From the NCBI GenBank assembly GCA_041566495.1, contig JBFGSX010000001.1:1-33241 (forward strand): a DNA stretch of 33,241 bases, given 5' to 3'. The stretch comes from Thermoplasmatota archaeon. GTDB taxonomy: Archaea; Thermoplasmatota; E2; JACPAO01; JAHFTW01. The stretch's first letter is position 1; every line of letters starts with the position of its first letter. The notes under the pieces were generated by a model. The model was not told the origin of the DNA and searched no databases. It saw only the letters and a list, made by a program, of their open reading frames with translations. Positions 14,913-23,147 of this stretch are shown here, piece after piece. Both the position numbers and the translations under genes were made by a program.

Positions 14913-17456
14913 TCAGGCGCGGACGTCAGGCGTCGACAGGGCGAGGGTGGCCACCCATTGGCGGAGGCCGGGCCCGATGCGGTGTTCCAGTTCCGCGCGC
15001 TCGCTCAGGCGCTCCTTGGCGCGCATCCAGGATTGTCCCGCACGACCCTCGAGGCGAGGCTCGATGAAGTCGATGACCTCTTGGGCCGAGGCCGTAGGGA
15101 GTTCGCCGCAGGCTTCGACGATGATTCCAAGCCAAGCTTCGCCGAGGCGCGCGGTGGTCTCGTCCCAAGTGGCCTTGAGGTGTTCCCAGGCGGCGGCTTG
15201 GGGAGCGGGGGAGACCAGCATGGCGCGCAGCACGGGGCCTTCTGCTTGGGCAGCGATGCCTTGATCGGCGAGCAATCGCAAGATGCGTTCCACGGCTGCG
15301 GGGTCCCGGTATTGGGGCAGGGCGTAGACATAGCGTTCGACCTCTTGGGGACTGGCAGTGCCGTCGCGCCGTTGGGTGTAGACCGCCATGTGTTCTTCGA
15401 GGGTCTTCACGTCTCCGGCGGCTGCTTCGACAGCGACGGCCACGGTGGCCAGTTCCGCATCGGAGGCATCCCCTTGGCGTTCTTTGTCGGCGAGCTCACG
15501 GGCGGCAGCGACGGCCGGCGGGTGGAGGGCCACCGCACCGACGGCCCGTAGCAGCGCCGCGCGGCGTTGCCGGTCAGCGTCGGTCTTGGCGGGAGCGTCG
15601 GCCCAGGCTGCGTGCAGGCGGGCGGCGAGCCATTGGCGGAACGTGGCCTGTTCCGGTTGGCCGTGCAGGAGACCGTCGAGCATGCGGGCGATGCCCACTT
15701 GGAACTCGACGACCTCGTAGTGGGCCGTGCCATCCAGGGTCGCTTCGACGGTGGCGAGGAACGGTTCGATGTGCTGCTTGCCTGCCCGCACCTGCATCCA
15801 CATGTCCCGCAGCAGCGCCACGCGCTCAGGGGCTGCGAGTTCGGAGACGTGGTGTAGGGTCTGTTGCAAGAGGACGTTGTCCAATTGCACGCGGTAGAAG
15901 CCGCCGTCTTCGGCGTTGGGCCACAGCCACTTCAGCGTGCCCTGGACATTGAGGTCTACGGTCTCATTGACCTCGGTCATCAAGTGTCGGTGCTCGTGGG
16001 TGCCCGCGTCGTCGGCGTAACGGATGACGAGGGGGACCCGCCAAGCACCGGATTGATCGCCGATGAGGGGCGAGGAAGTGGTGCGGTATTGGTGCAGTTC
16101 CAACGTACCGTCCCATTGGCAGGTGATGGTGGGGTGGCCGGGTTGTTTGACCCAGTCACCCATGATGCCTGCGACGTCCTGGCCACTGGCCTTGGCCAGG
16201 TGCGTCCAGAGGTCTTTGCCTTGAGCGTTATTGAGGCGGAACTCAGCCATGTACGAGCGTAGGCCTTCGCAGAACGCCTCTTCGCCTAGGTAGGATTCGA
16301 GCATGCGCATGACGGCGCTGCCTTTGCCGTAGGTGACGGCATCGAACATCTCCTGTGCTTCTTCGGGTGTCTTGACGGGGTGGTAGATGGCGTGGGTAGA
16401 GCCGAGGGCATCGGTGGACAGGGCGCCGGCGGCGCGCTGTCGGAACGGCACCCAGACGTCGAGGCTGGGGTCCATGGCGTCCGCGCACTTGTGGGCGATC
16501 CATTCGGCGAACGCCTCGTTGAGCCATAGGTCATCCCACCAGGCCATGGTGACGAGGTTCCCAAACCACATGTGAGCGAATTCGTGGGCGACCACGAGAG
16601 CGACGCTGCGCCGGTCGTCCCAGGAGGCGGTCTTCTCATCAAGCAGGACCAGGCTCGGCCGGAACAAGACCAAGCCGGCGTTCTCCATGGCGCCGAAGGC
16701 GAAACTGGGGACGGCGATCTGATCGTACTTTCCGAACGCGTAGGGTTGCCCGAAGTAGTCCTCGTACCAGGGGAGCATCTTGGCGGCCAATTGGTTGCCA
16801 TGGTCGCCGTGTTGTTCTTGACCCCGCATGGCCCAGACCTGGAACGGCGTGTCCCGGGCGGAGGTCTCGGTGCTGTTGGCGAAGTCACCGATGCAGCACG
16901 CGATGAGGTAGCTGGACATCTTGGGAGTGGTGGTGAAGGTGTGGGTAGCGTTGGTGCCGTCGTCGTCGACCGATTCCGTTGCGCCATTGGTCAGTACCGT
17001 GAGTCCGGAGGGGGCGGTGACGGTCCAGGTCCATGCCGCTTTGTGCGCTGGTTCGTCCCAGCAGGGCACGATGCTGCGGGCATCGGTGGCTTCGCATTGG
17101 GTGGCCAGGCAGGCCCTTTCGCCGTCCTTGGAAAGGTAGAGGCCAGCCATGTCGTGGCGCACCTTGCCGCTGAAGGCGATGCGGATCTGGGCCTTGCCCG
17201 TGCCCAGTGCCTGGGGCAGGGTCAGGGTCAGTCGGTCGCCGTCTTGAGATGCTTGCGCGGTCCACGATTCGCCCTGTTCCACTGCCGCCTCCGCGATGTC
17301 CAGTTTGTCGGCGTGGAGCACGATGGCGTCCGTGGCGTCGTGGACGTCCACGTCGATGGTGACGTGCCCCGTGAACGCCTCCTTGGCGGGGTCAGCCGTC
17401 AAGTGGAGCTTGTAGTGCGTGGGGCTCACGGAGGTGGGCAATCGGTGCTCGGACAT
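14913..17456 (-). CDS. pepN: M1-family zinc aminopeptidase (aminopeptidase N / tricorn-interacting-factor-like)
   Basis: 847 aa with the exopeptidase motif GAMEN and zinc motif HEFAHMWFGNLVTMAWWDDLWLNEAF (HExxH-x18-E), plus a long ERAP1-like helical C-terminal domain. Confidence 0.95.
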   Translation of the reverse strand: MSEHRLPTSVSPTHYKLHLTADPAKEAFTGHVTIDVDVHDATDAIVLHADKLDIAEAAVEQGESWTAQASQDGDRLTLTLPQALGTGKAQIRIAFSGKVRHDMAGLYLSKDGERACLATQCEATDARSIVPCWDEPAHKAAWTWTVTAPSGLTVLTNGATESVDDDGTNATHTFTTTPKMSSYLIACCIGDFANSTETSARDTPFQVWAMRGQEQHGDHGNQLAAKMLPWYEDYFGQPYAFGKYDQIAVPSFAFGAMENAGLVLFRPSLVLLDEKTASWDDRRSVALVVAHEFAHMWFGNLVTMAWWDDLWLNEAFAEWIAHKCADAMDPSLDVWVPFRQRAAGALSTDALGSTHAIYHPVKTPEEAQEMFDAVTYGKGSAVMRMLESYLGEEAFCEGLRSYMAEFRLNNAQGKDLWTHLAKASGQDVAGIMGDWVKQPGHPTITCQWDGTLELHQYRTTSSPLIGDQSGAWRVPLVIRYADDAGTHEHRHLMTEVNETVDLNVQGTLKWLWPNAEDGGFYRVQLDNVLLQQTLHHVSELAAPERVALLRDMWMQVRAGKQHIEPFLATVEATLDGTAHYEVVEFQVGIARMLDGLLHGQPEQATFRQWLAARLHAAWADAPAKTDADRQRRAALLRAVGAVALHPPAVAAARELADKERQGDASDAELATVAVAVEAAAGDVKTLEEHMAVYTQRRDGTASPQEVERYVYALPQYRDPAAVERILRLLADQGIAAQAEGPVLRAMLVSPAPQAAAWEHLKATWDETTARLGEAWLGIIVEACGELPTASAQEVIDFIEPRLEGRAGQSWMRAKERLSERAELEHRIGPGLRQWVATLALSTPDVRA

Positions 17457-17615
17457 GGCGCCGCCATCGCCTCCACCGCATAACGACTAGGGCCCGCAAA
17501 AGCGCGGGGAAACCCTCCCCGGGCGCTGTTTCGCCGGATGCCTACCCAACACTCATCCTTGCACCTCGGGGTCAGGGGTCAAGCTGCCCAGTGCAGCCCA
17601 CCCACGGTGGACCCC

Positions 17616-18086
17616 ATGCCCGACATCATCCAACACCATCATTTCGATGCCCCGCCCCACGCGATCTTCAAGGCCCTCACAGACGCCAAGACCCTGTGTA
17701 CGTGGTGGACGACGTCCGCCACCAGCGACCCCAACATCGGCGGCGAATTCCAGTACGAGTTCCACCACACGGCCGAGGCCTTGGCTCAGGGCAAGGCGGA
17801 CATGGTGCAGGAGGGCAAGTACGTGGAGTGCGACGTGAACACGATCCAATACCCGTGGGCGGTAGGCCCCCGCCAGACCACGGTCAGGTTCGTGCTTAAC
17901 GTCGAGAACGGTGGCACGGACCTGAAGCTGGTCCACAGTGACGTGCCCGACGACGAACCGACCCTCCAGGCGCTAGGCGAGGGGTGGACGTTCTTCCTGG
18001 GCAATCTGGCCAATGTCTTGGCGGGCAAGCCCGATGGCCGACCGGAAGCGGGGCTGCTGGTCAGCACCCCAGGCGTCAGCGTCTAA
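17616..18086 (+). CDS. SRPBCC/AHSA1 (Aha1-like START fold) domain protein
   Basis: MPDIIQHHHFDAPPHAIFKALTDAKTLCTWWTT......GGEFQYEF and ..GGTDLKLVHSDVP......L..GW..FL.NL are typical of the AHSA1 family. ATG at 17616 chosen over track start 17538. Confidence 0.8.
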   Translation: MPDIIQHHHFDAPPHAIFKALTDAKTLCTWWTTSATSDPNIGGEFQYEFHHTAEALAQGKADMVQEGKYVECDVNTIQYPWAVGPRQTTVRFVLNVENGGTDLKLVHSDVPDDEPTLQALGEGWTFFLGNLANVLAGKPDGRPEAGLLVSTPGVSV

Positions 18087-18466
18087 GCGTCGGCGAGGTT
18101 CTCGAGGGCTTCCCAAGCGAGGTCGACTTCGTCGACGCCGATGTAGATGGAGCCCCCGTCTTGGCCCTTGGCGGCACCGAAGGAGACGTGGATGTTGACC
18201 TTCTTGTCGCCGAGGGCCTTGGCGACCTGGGCCAGTTCGCCGGGCTCGTTCGGGAGTTCGATCTCAATGACCTCTTCCTGGGTGAACGTGATGCCTGCGG
18301 CCTTGAGGGCGCTACCGGTGGCTTCGTCGTCGCCGGTGACGATGCGCAGACCGCCAGGGCCGGCGCTGAATGCGTCGATGTTGATGCCCGCCTTGTGGAG
18401 GGCTTGGGCGACATCACCCAGGGTGCCCGGGCGGTCTTCGACATCCAGCGTGTACAGCATGGCCAT
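18083..18466 (-). CDS. tandem ACT-domain protein
   Basis: MAMLYTLDVEDRPGTLGDVAQALHKAGINIDAF and a second unit IEIELPNEPGELAQVAKALGDKKVNIHVSF are two ACT-type beta-alpha-beta-beta-alpha-beta units. Confidence 0.75.
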   Translation of the reverse strand: MAMLYTLDVEDRPGTLGDVAQALHKAGINIDAFSAGPGGLRIVTGDDEATGSALKAAGITFTQEEVIEIELPNEPGELAQVAKALGDKKVNIHVSFGAAKGQDGGSIYIGVDEVDLAWEALENLADA

Positions 18467-18504
18467 GCATCCTGGTTGTGGATGGGGGTTTTTGGCTTGT
18501 TTGG

Positions 18505-19314
18505 TCACGGGGAGCGAGGCACCGGGTCCGGGAACAAGGGCTGAGCCGGAGCCCTGGTGCAGCGTTTGGCCAGTGTCAGATCGCCAAGCGCCGCTGCGAT
18601 GCGGGGCATGGAGTCCACGGCGTTGCCCTCGAAGCGGTTGGTGACGATGGCGAAGGTCTCGACGGCGGGATCGCTGCGGGAGCGCATCTCCAGGACGTCA
18701 TCCAAGCGGTCTCGTTGGGTGACCCAGCGGCCTTTGCGCCTGACGAGGTTGCCCACGAAACGGATGTAGCGGAACGAGCCAGTGTCCCAGGCCGGGGCCA
18801 ACGCCTTGTCGTAAGTGCCCCAGCATAGGGCGACCCCGTGCCGGCGCAGGAGATCTTCGGTCTCTGGGGTGAACCAGGCGGCATTGCGAAACTCGATGGC
18901 CAGCCCCTCCGTCGGGGCTATTTTGAGCAGCGATTCCAGCCAATCGATGTGCTCTGGTCCGAAGGCACGGGGGAACTGGGCCAACGTAGGACCCAAGCGC
19001 CGGGCGTTACGAAGCGGCGTCAGAGTATCCAAAGCCCCCCGAGCGGCATCCAGTGCCGCGTCGTCGTAGCCTTCGTGAGTGGCCGCCTTGCTGAGCTTGG
19101 GGAGGAACCGGAAGCCCTCAGGGGTCTGTGCGATCCAATCTTCGAGCGTGCCAGCCTCAGGCTCCTGGTGATACAGGACGTCTGCCTCCACCACATCGAA
19201 GACCATGCTGTAGCGAGGCAGCCATTCCCGGTGCAGCGTGCGCAGGGGGTACAAGATGTGGTCGAAGTGGCTGTTGCTCCACGCAGCGAGGCCGACGTGA
19301 AGATGCGGTTGCAC
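18505..19314 (-). CDS. DUF72 (YecE-like TIM-barrel) family protein
   Basis: HVGLAAWSNSHFDHILYP........WLPRYSMVFDVVEADVLYHQEP....EDWIAQTPEGFRFLPKL....TH is the characteristic DUF72 N-terminal pattern. The GTG start directly abuts the TAG stop of the upstream GGCT-like gene. Confidence 0.85.
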   Translation of the reverse strand: MQPHLHVGLAAWSNSHFDHILYPLRTLHREWLPRYSMVFDVVEADVLYHQEPEAGTLEDWIAQTPEGFRFLPKLSKAATHEGYDDAALDAARGALDTLTPLRNARRLGPTLAQFPRAFGPEHIDWLESLLKIAPTEGLAIEFRNAAWFTPETEDLLRRHGVALCWGTYDKALAPAWDTGSFRYIRFVGNLVRRKGRWVTQRDRLDDVLEMRSRSDPAVETFAIVTNRFEGNAVDSMPRIAAALGDLTLAKRCTRAPAQPLFPDPVPRSP

Positions 19315-19788
19315 CTAGGCCAGCGTCCCACGGACCAATGCTTCCGCCTGCGAACGGACGGCATCGAGGTAGGCGCCCGGTAGGCCCAGGCGCCCGCAGA
19401 TGGCCAGGAAGGAATCCAGGTAGTTGCCGTCCGGTGCCTGCTCCGGTGCATCTTCGACGAACGTCAACGCTGCGGCCCGGCCTGGTTCCGCGTGTACGAT
19501 GACAGGCACGGGCTTGTACGTCGTGACGAATCCTTGCGGGCCGTACAACTTGTCCAGCTCAGCGTGGGGCATGGAGAACAGGAACCCTTCCACGGAAGCT
19601 TCGGGGTCTTTGACGATGTTCGCGTGCGGCGTGAAGGTGAGGCGCCAACCGGGCAGCGTGGAACGCGTGGCGGCGCCGGGGTCTGCGCCGAAACGACGCA
19701 GGACGTCGGGGTCCATGTAGGAGCCATAGGTGAAGACGGGAACATGCATGCCACTCCCATCCAGGGCCGGCTTCATGGGTGCTTCCAT
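19315..19788 (-). CDS. gamma-glutamylcyclotransferase-like (AIG2/GGCT fold) protein
   Basis: VPVFTYGSYMDPDVLRRFG.......LPGWRLTF........IVKDPEASVEGFLFSMPHAELDKLYG fits the GGCT/AIG2 YGSxM..E pattern. Start uncertain (ATG at 19749, 19776 or 19788, or TTG at 19839). Confidence 0.7.
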   Translation of the reverse strand: MEAPMKPALDGSGMHVPVFTYGSYMDPDVLRRFGADPGAATRSTLPGWRLTFTPHANIVKDPEASVEGFLFSMPHAELDKLYGPQGFVTTYKPVPVIVHAEPGRAAALTFVEDAPEQAPDGNYLDSFLAICGRLGLPGAYLDAVRSQAEALVRGTLA

Positions 19789-19842
19789 CGGGCTGGGCCC
19801 CAGGGAGGGCGCCGGAATCGACCAATGGGCCCTCCCCAACCG

Positions 19843-19850
19843 CTATAAAT
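19843..19850 (+). promoter_or_regulatory. TATA box of icd (CTATAAAT)
   Basis: Best TATA-like octamer in the window. It lies 20-29 nt before TTG 19870 and ATG 19879. It may also serve the divergent GGCT-DUF72-ACT unit. Confidence 0.55.
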
Positions 19851-19878
19851 CGGACCACCTGAGCCGCGGTTGAAGCAC

Positions 19879-21165
19879 ATGGCCTGGAATTTCACTGTCC
19901 CCGAAGACGGCGCCGAGATCAAGGTGCAAGAAGACGGCACCCTCGTCGTCCCGAACAACCCTGTTATCCCTTTCATCGAAGGCGACGGCACCGGCCCCGA
20001 CATCTGGGCGGCCAGCCAGCGCGTCCTCGATGCCGCTGTGGCCATGGCCTACGGCGGCGACCGCAAGATCGCCTGGATGGAAGTCCTTGCTGGCGAGAAG
20101 GCGTTCAACGAGACCGGCGAGTGGCTCCCGGAAGCCACCCTCGAAGGCGTCCGCCAATACAAGGTCGCCATCAAGGGCCCCCTCACGACGCCCGTCGGCG
20201 GCGGTATCCGCAGCCTGAACGTCGCTCTGCGGCAGATCCTCGACCTGTACGTCTGCCTGCGCCCCGTGAAGTACTACGCTGGTGTCCCGACGCCGGTCCA
20301 CGGCCCCGAGCGCCACGACTGGGTCATCTTCCGTGAGAACAGCGAAGACATCTACGCAGGTGTCGAGTTCGCTGCCGGGACGCCCGAGAACAAGAAGCTC
20401 ATGACGTTCCTCCGCGACGAAATGGGCGTCTCCAAGATCCGCTTCCCCGAGACCTCCGGCCTCGGCATCAAGCCCATCAGCAAGGAAGGCACGGACCGCC
20501 TCGTGCGCGCCGCCATCCAGTACGCCATCGAGCACGACCGTGACAGCGTCACCCTCGTGCACAAGGGCAACATCATGAAGTTCACCGAGGGTGGCTTCCG
20601 CGACTGGGGTTACCAGCTTGCCAAGGAAGAGTTCGGCGCGGTCGAACTCGACGGCGGCCCCTGGTGCACCTTCAAGAACCCGAACACGGGCAAGACGATC
20701 ACGGTCAAGGACGTCATCGCTGACGCCATGCTCCAGCAGATCCTGACCCGCCCGAGCGAATACGGTGTCGTCGCCACGATGAACCTGAACGGCGACTACC
20801 TCAGTGACGCCCTGGCTGCCTGCGTGGGCGGCATCGGCATCGCCCCCGGCGCCAACATCAACTACGTGACCGGCCACGCCATCTTCGAGGCGACCCACGG
20901 CACCGCGCCCAAGTACGCGGGTCTTGACAAGGTCAACCCTGGCTCGGTCATCCTGAGCGGCGTCATGATGCTGCAGCACCTCGGCTGGAACGAAGCCGCT
21001 GACTTGATCCAGAAGGGTCTGGCCGAAGCCATCACGCAGAAGCGCGTCACGTACGACTTCGAGCGCATGATGGACGGCGCCACCCTCCTGAAGTGCAGCG
21101 AGTTCGGCGACGCGATCATCGAGAACATGGGCGGCGTCGAAGCGGCCCAGCCCAACGCCGCTTAG
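19879..21165 (+). CDS. icd: NADP-dependent isocitrate dehydrogenase
   Basis: [34 protein letters not shown] and the signature [13 protein letters not shown] are present. Length and order match prokaryotic homodimeric ICDH. TTG at 19870 is an alternative start. CTATAAAT box at 19843-19850. Confidence 0.95.
   Translation: MAWNFTVPEDGAEIKVQEDGTLVVPNNPVIPFIEGDGTGPDIWAASQRVLDAAVAMAYGGDRKIAWMEVLAGEKAFNETGEWLPEATLEGVRQYKVAIKGPLTTPVGGGIRSLNVALRQILDLYVCLRPVKYYAGVPTPVHGPERHDWVIFRENSEDIYAGVEFAAGTPENKKLMTFLRDEMGVSKIRFPETSGLGIKPISKEGTDRLVRAAIQYAIEHDRDSVTLVHKGNIMKFTEGGFRDWGYQLAKEEFGAVELDGGPWCTFKNPNTGKTITVKDVIADAMLQQILTRPSEYGVVATMNLNGDYLSDALAACVGGIGIAPGANINYVTGHAIFEATHGTAPKYAGLDKVNPGSVILSGVMMLQHLGWNEAADLIQKGLAEAITQKRVTYDFERMMDGATLLKCSEFGDAIIENMGGVEAAQPNAA
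21129..21161 (+). repeat. direct repeat copy 1 (last 11 codons of icd)
   Basis: GGGCGGCGTCGAAGCGGCCCAGCCCAACGCCGC is followed by T-TAG. An identical 33-mer recurs at 21222-21254. Confidence 0.9.
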
Positions 21166-21221
21166 GCGTGGCGAAGGCCGCAAGGCGCTGACTTCGTGCA
21201 GCCCTGCCAAGGGCAGCACTG

Positions 21222-21254
21222 GGGCGGCGTCGAAGCGGCCCAGCCCAACGCCGC
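21222..21254 (+). repeat. direct repeat copy 2 (displaced duplicate of the icd 3' end, in frame, followed by TAG)
   Basis: Identical 33-mer 93 nt (31 codons) downstream of copy 1. The next codon is GCG instead of GCT (both Ala), then TAG. Confidence 0.9.
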
Positions 21255-21268
21255 GTAGGCTTCTCGAG

Positions 21269-21319
21269 CCCTCCTTCTCCCCTTTCCCCCTCCTTTTGTT
21301 TCCGAGGGGCCATTTTTTG
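21269..21319 (+). terminator. polypyrimidine / oligo-T termination region downstream of icd
   Basis: A 29-nt pure C/T run (21269-21297) ending in TTTT, then TTT, then T6 (21314-21319) inside the inverted repeat CCGAGG..CCTCGG (21302-21329). Archaeal terminators are oligo-T tracts. Confidence 0.5.
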
Positions 21320-21376
21320 ATCTCCTCGGCGCGGACCGACCCAACGTTAAAGTCGGCCCCTAAGCATTCCGAGCTT

Positions 21377-21757
21377 GTGTTGGCGCCCCAGATTGAGACC
21401 ATCCTGACCTCCGACTGGGTGCACGAACAACGCGCGGTTGGCAAGGCCATCGTCGTGATCGGTCAAAGTGGGCGCTTGCACCACGCGGACCCCCAACTTG
21501 CGGCGTGGCTTGGGCGTGACGAACTTGGCAACAACGCGTTCGACCTGGTGCCCCCGGAGTTGGCTGCAGAAGGGGCGAAGTCCATGAACGAGAACAAGGA
21601 CGTGAATTCGTTCACGGTCTGGTTCCCGTTGTTGCACGCCAATGGCAAGCCCAAGTGGTTCCGCTGGGACGGTCGCCGCATGGATGGTCTGCTCGTGGAC
21701 GCGGTGTCTCCAGAGGAGAACCCCGCAGACCAGTACGTGCACGTCCTGACGAGCTGA
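21377..21757 (+). CDS. small hypothetical protein, possibly a stand-alone PAS-like domain
   Basis: About 126 aa. AIVVIGQSGRLHHADPQLAAWLGRDELGNNAFDLVPPE...FTVWFPLLHANGKPKWFRWDGRRM loosely resembles a PAS core. GTG at 21377 lies about 27 nt after the GTTAAAGT box (21346-21353). Start and function are tentative. Confidence 0.45.
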   Translation: MLAPQIETILTSDWVHEQRAVGKAIVVIGQSGRLHHADPQLAAWLGRDELGNNAFDLVPPELAAEGAKSMNENKDVNSFTVWFPLLHANGKPKWFRWDGRRMDGLLVDAVSPEENPADQYVHVLTS

Positions 21758-21773
21758 TCCAACAGGCGGTCGC

Positions 21774-23036
21774 CTAGATCGGCGCGATCCAGGTGTAATC
21801 CACGCCTCCGCTGGCCATCCAGGCCACGAGGCATGCCTCGTATTGGCAGGCGATGCCTCCGAACTCACCCAGGGGTCGCTCCAAGCCAGGGCTAGTTGGG
21901 CGATCGGGGTGGGTGGGACCCCCGCCGAACAAATGCTCAGTCCAAAGCTGTGTGCCGTCATGGTCCAGGTGCGCCAAGTAGACCGGCATGCTGTGGCCTT
22001 CGTCGCATCCGGACACGCAGTAATCAGGGTGGCCGGTGAAGAGGACGAGTAAGCCCCCGGTCGGAGGCGCTTCTGCCCAGTAGACCCAGTCGCCGTTCCA
22101 GTGGGTGTGGTCGACGCCGGCCAAAATGTCGAACGGCCCCGTCCACGAGACGCCGCCCGTGTCGCTGCGGTAGGCGCTGGCCCCCCCTGGCACGGTCATC
22201 CAAAGGTGTCCTTCCAGGCCTTGGCTGAGCATGCGGGTGCCGCCGGAGGATGGGACGGTGGATAGAGTGGCGCCGGATCCGTCGAGTCTGTATACGGGGG
22301 TGCCGCGCTGGTTTGAGCAGGCGGCGATCCAACCGTCAGCGAATTGGGGCTTGCCAAAGAGATTGCAGGGTAGTTCATGGACGGGGCCCCATGACGCACC
22401 GCCATCGGTGCTCAGAGACCACCATCCCTCTGCCTTGCCGGCGGTCTGCCAGACCATCATGACCTCGTCCCCATGGACGCTCATCCAGGGCCTGTCGGTC
22501 TTGGGTGCCGCACCCAACTCAGTGCCACTCCACGTGACCCCAAGGTCGGGGCTGCGGTACACCTTGATGGCCGACTGTCCGCCGCTGTTGGTCAACGCGG
22601 CGACGAGCATGGTATCATCGACGAAGCCGATGATGGGATCGGCCCGTAGGTCTCCGTCGCCTACTTCGGTCGAGGTCCACGTGGCGCCACCGTCTTCGGT
22701 GATGAACAGGCAGGTCTCGAAGCCGGGGCAGTGCGATGTTCGGGTCTCAAGGAAGCCAGAACCAGGGATGGGGCCAGGATTCACCTCCTCGGCGCCGTAG
22801 CCTTGCACCCCGATGACGAAGAGGCCTTCGCGGTCGGGATGAGCGGCCACGTATGGTTCGCCCCAGGAGTCGCCTTCTTTGCCCAAGACACCGACGCACG
22901 CCTCGGCGGGTTGGTACGATACCTGTGGGCAGCGGATCGCCAAGGGAGCCACGGCTTGTTCGGGCAGGCCCTCAGGTGCGGAGGACTGGGCACAACCTGC
23001 CAGAACAACCAGCAGGACGGCGAGTATCGCCTTCAT
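21774..23036 (-). CDS. lipoprotein with BNR/Asp-box repeats (beta-propeller, sialidase/Ycf48-like fold)
   Basis: MKAILAVLLVVLAGCAQ is a lipobox signal peptide. Asp-boxes are TEDGGATW, SPDLGVTW, STDGGASW and SDTGGVSW. CACTAATC box at 23060-23067 lies about 27 nt upstream of the ATG. Confidence 0.8.
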   Translation of the reverse strand: MKAILAVLLVVLAGCAQSSAPEGLPEQAVAPLAIRCPQVSYQPAEACVGVLGKEGDSWGEPYVAAHPDREGLFVIGVQGYGAEEVNPGPIPGSGFLETRTSHCPGFETCLFITEDGGATWTSTEVGDGDLRADPIIGFVDDTMLVAALTNSGGQSAIKVYRSPDLGVTWSGTELGAAPKTDRPWMSVHGDEVMMVWQTAGKAEGWWSLSTDGGASWGPVHELPCNLFGKPQFADGWIAACSNQRGTPVYRLDGSGATLSTVPSSGGTRMLSQGLEGHLWMTVPGGASAYRSDTGGVSWTGPFDILAGVDHTHWNGDWVYWAEAPPTGGLLVLFTGHPDYCVSGCDEGHSMPVYLAHLDHDGTQLWTEHLFGGGPTHPDRPTSPGLERPLGEFGGIACQYEACLVAWMASGGVDYTWIAPI

Positions 23037-23059
23037 GCCCGGGAGAGCCGGCGCTCATC

Positions 23060-23067
23060 GATTAGTG
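23060..23067 (-). promoter_or_regulatory. TATA-like box of BNR lipoprotein gene (CACTAATC in gene orientation)
   Basis: About 27 nt upstream of ATG 23036. Confidence 0.35.
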
Positions 23068-23095
23068 CTTGCGGTCGCGAGGACCACGTTGTGTG

Positions 23096-23138
23096 ACCCG
23101 TCCGCCTACAGAGCCGATAGCTCTGCGCGCGGACGGGT
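23096..23138 (-). repeat. nested inverted repeat (hairpin) between the deaD stop and the BNR lipoprotein promoter
   Basis: Outer 10-bp stem ACCCGTCCGC (23096-23105) / GCGGACGGGT (23129-23138). Inner 5-bp stem AGAGC (23110-23114) / GCTCT (23120-23124). No T-tract follows on the transcribed strand. Confidence 0.6.
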
Positions 23139-23147
23139 GCACGGGCA

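Noticed and set aside
21163-21257. Read-through of the icd TAG as pyrrolysine or another recoding event
   Set aside because: There are no pyl genes or PYLIS-like context in the window, and TAG is used as an ordinary stop by several genes here. I kept it only as a minor alternative within the icd duplication finding.
19843-21450. 535-aa minus-strand ORF opposite icd
   Set aside because: It is antisense to an unmistakable isocitrate dehydrogenase gene. The composition is a shadow frame (D/G/A/V/L-rich) with no motifs.
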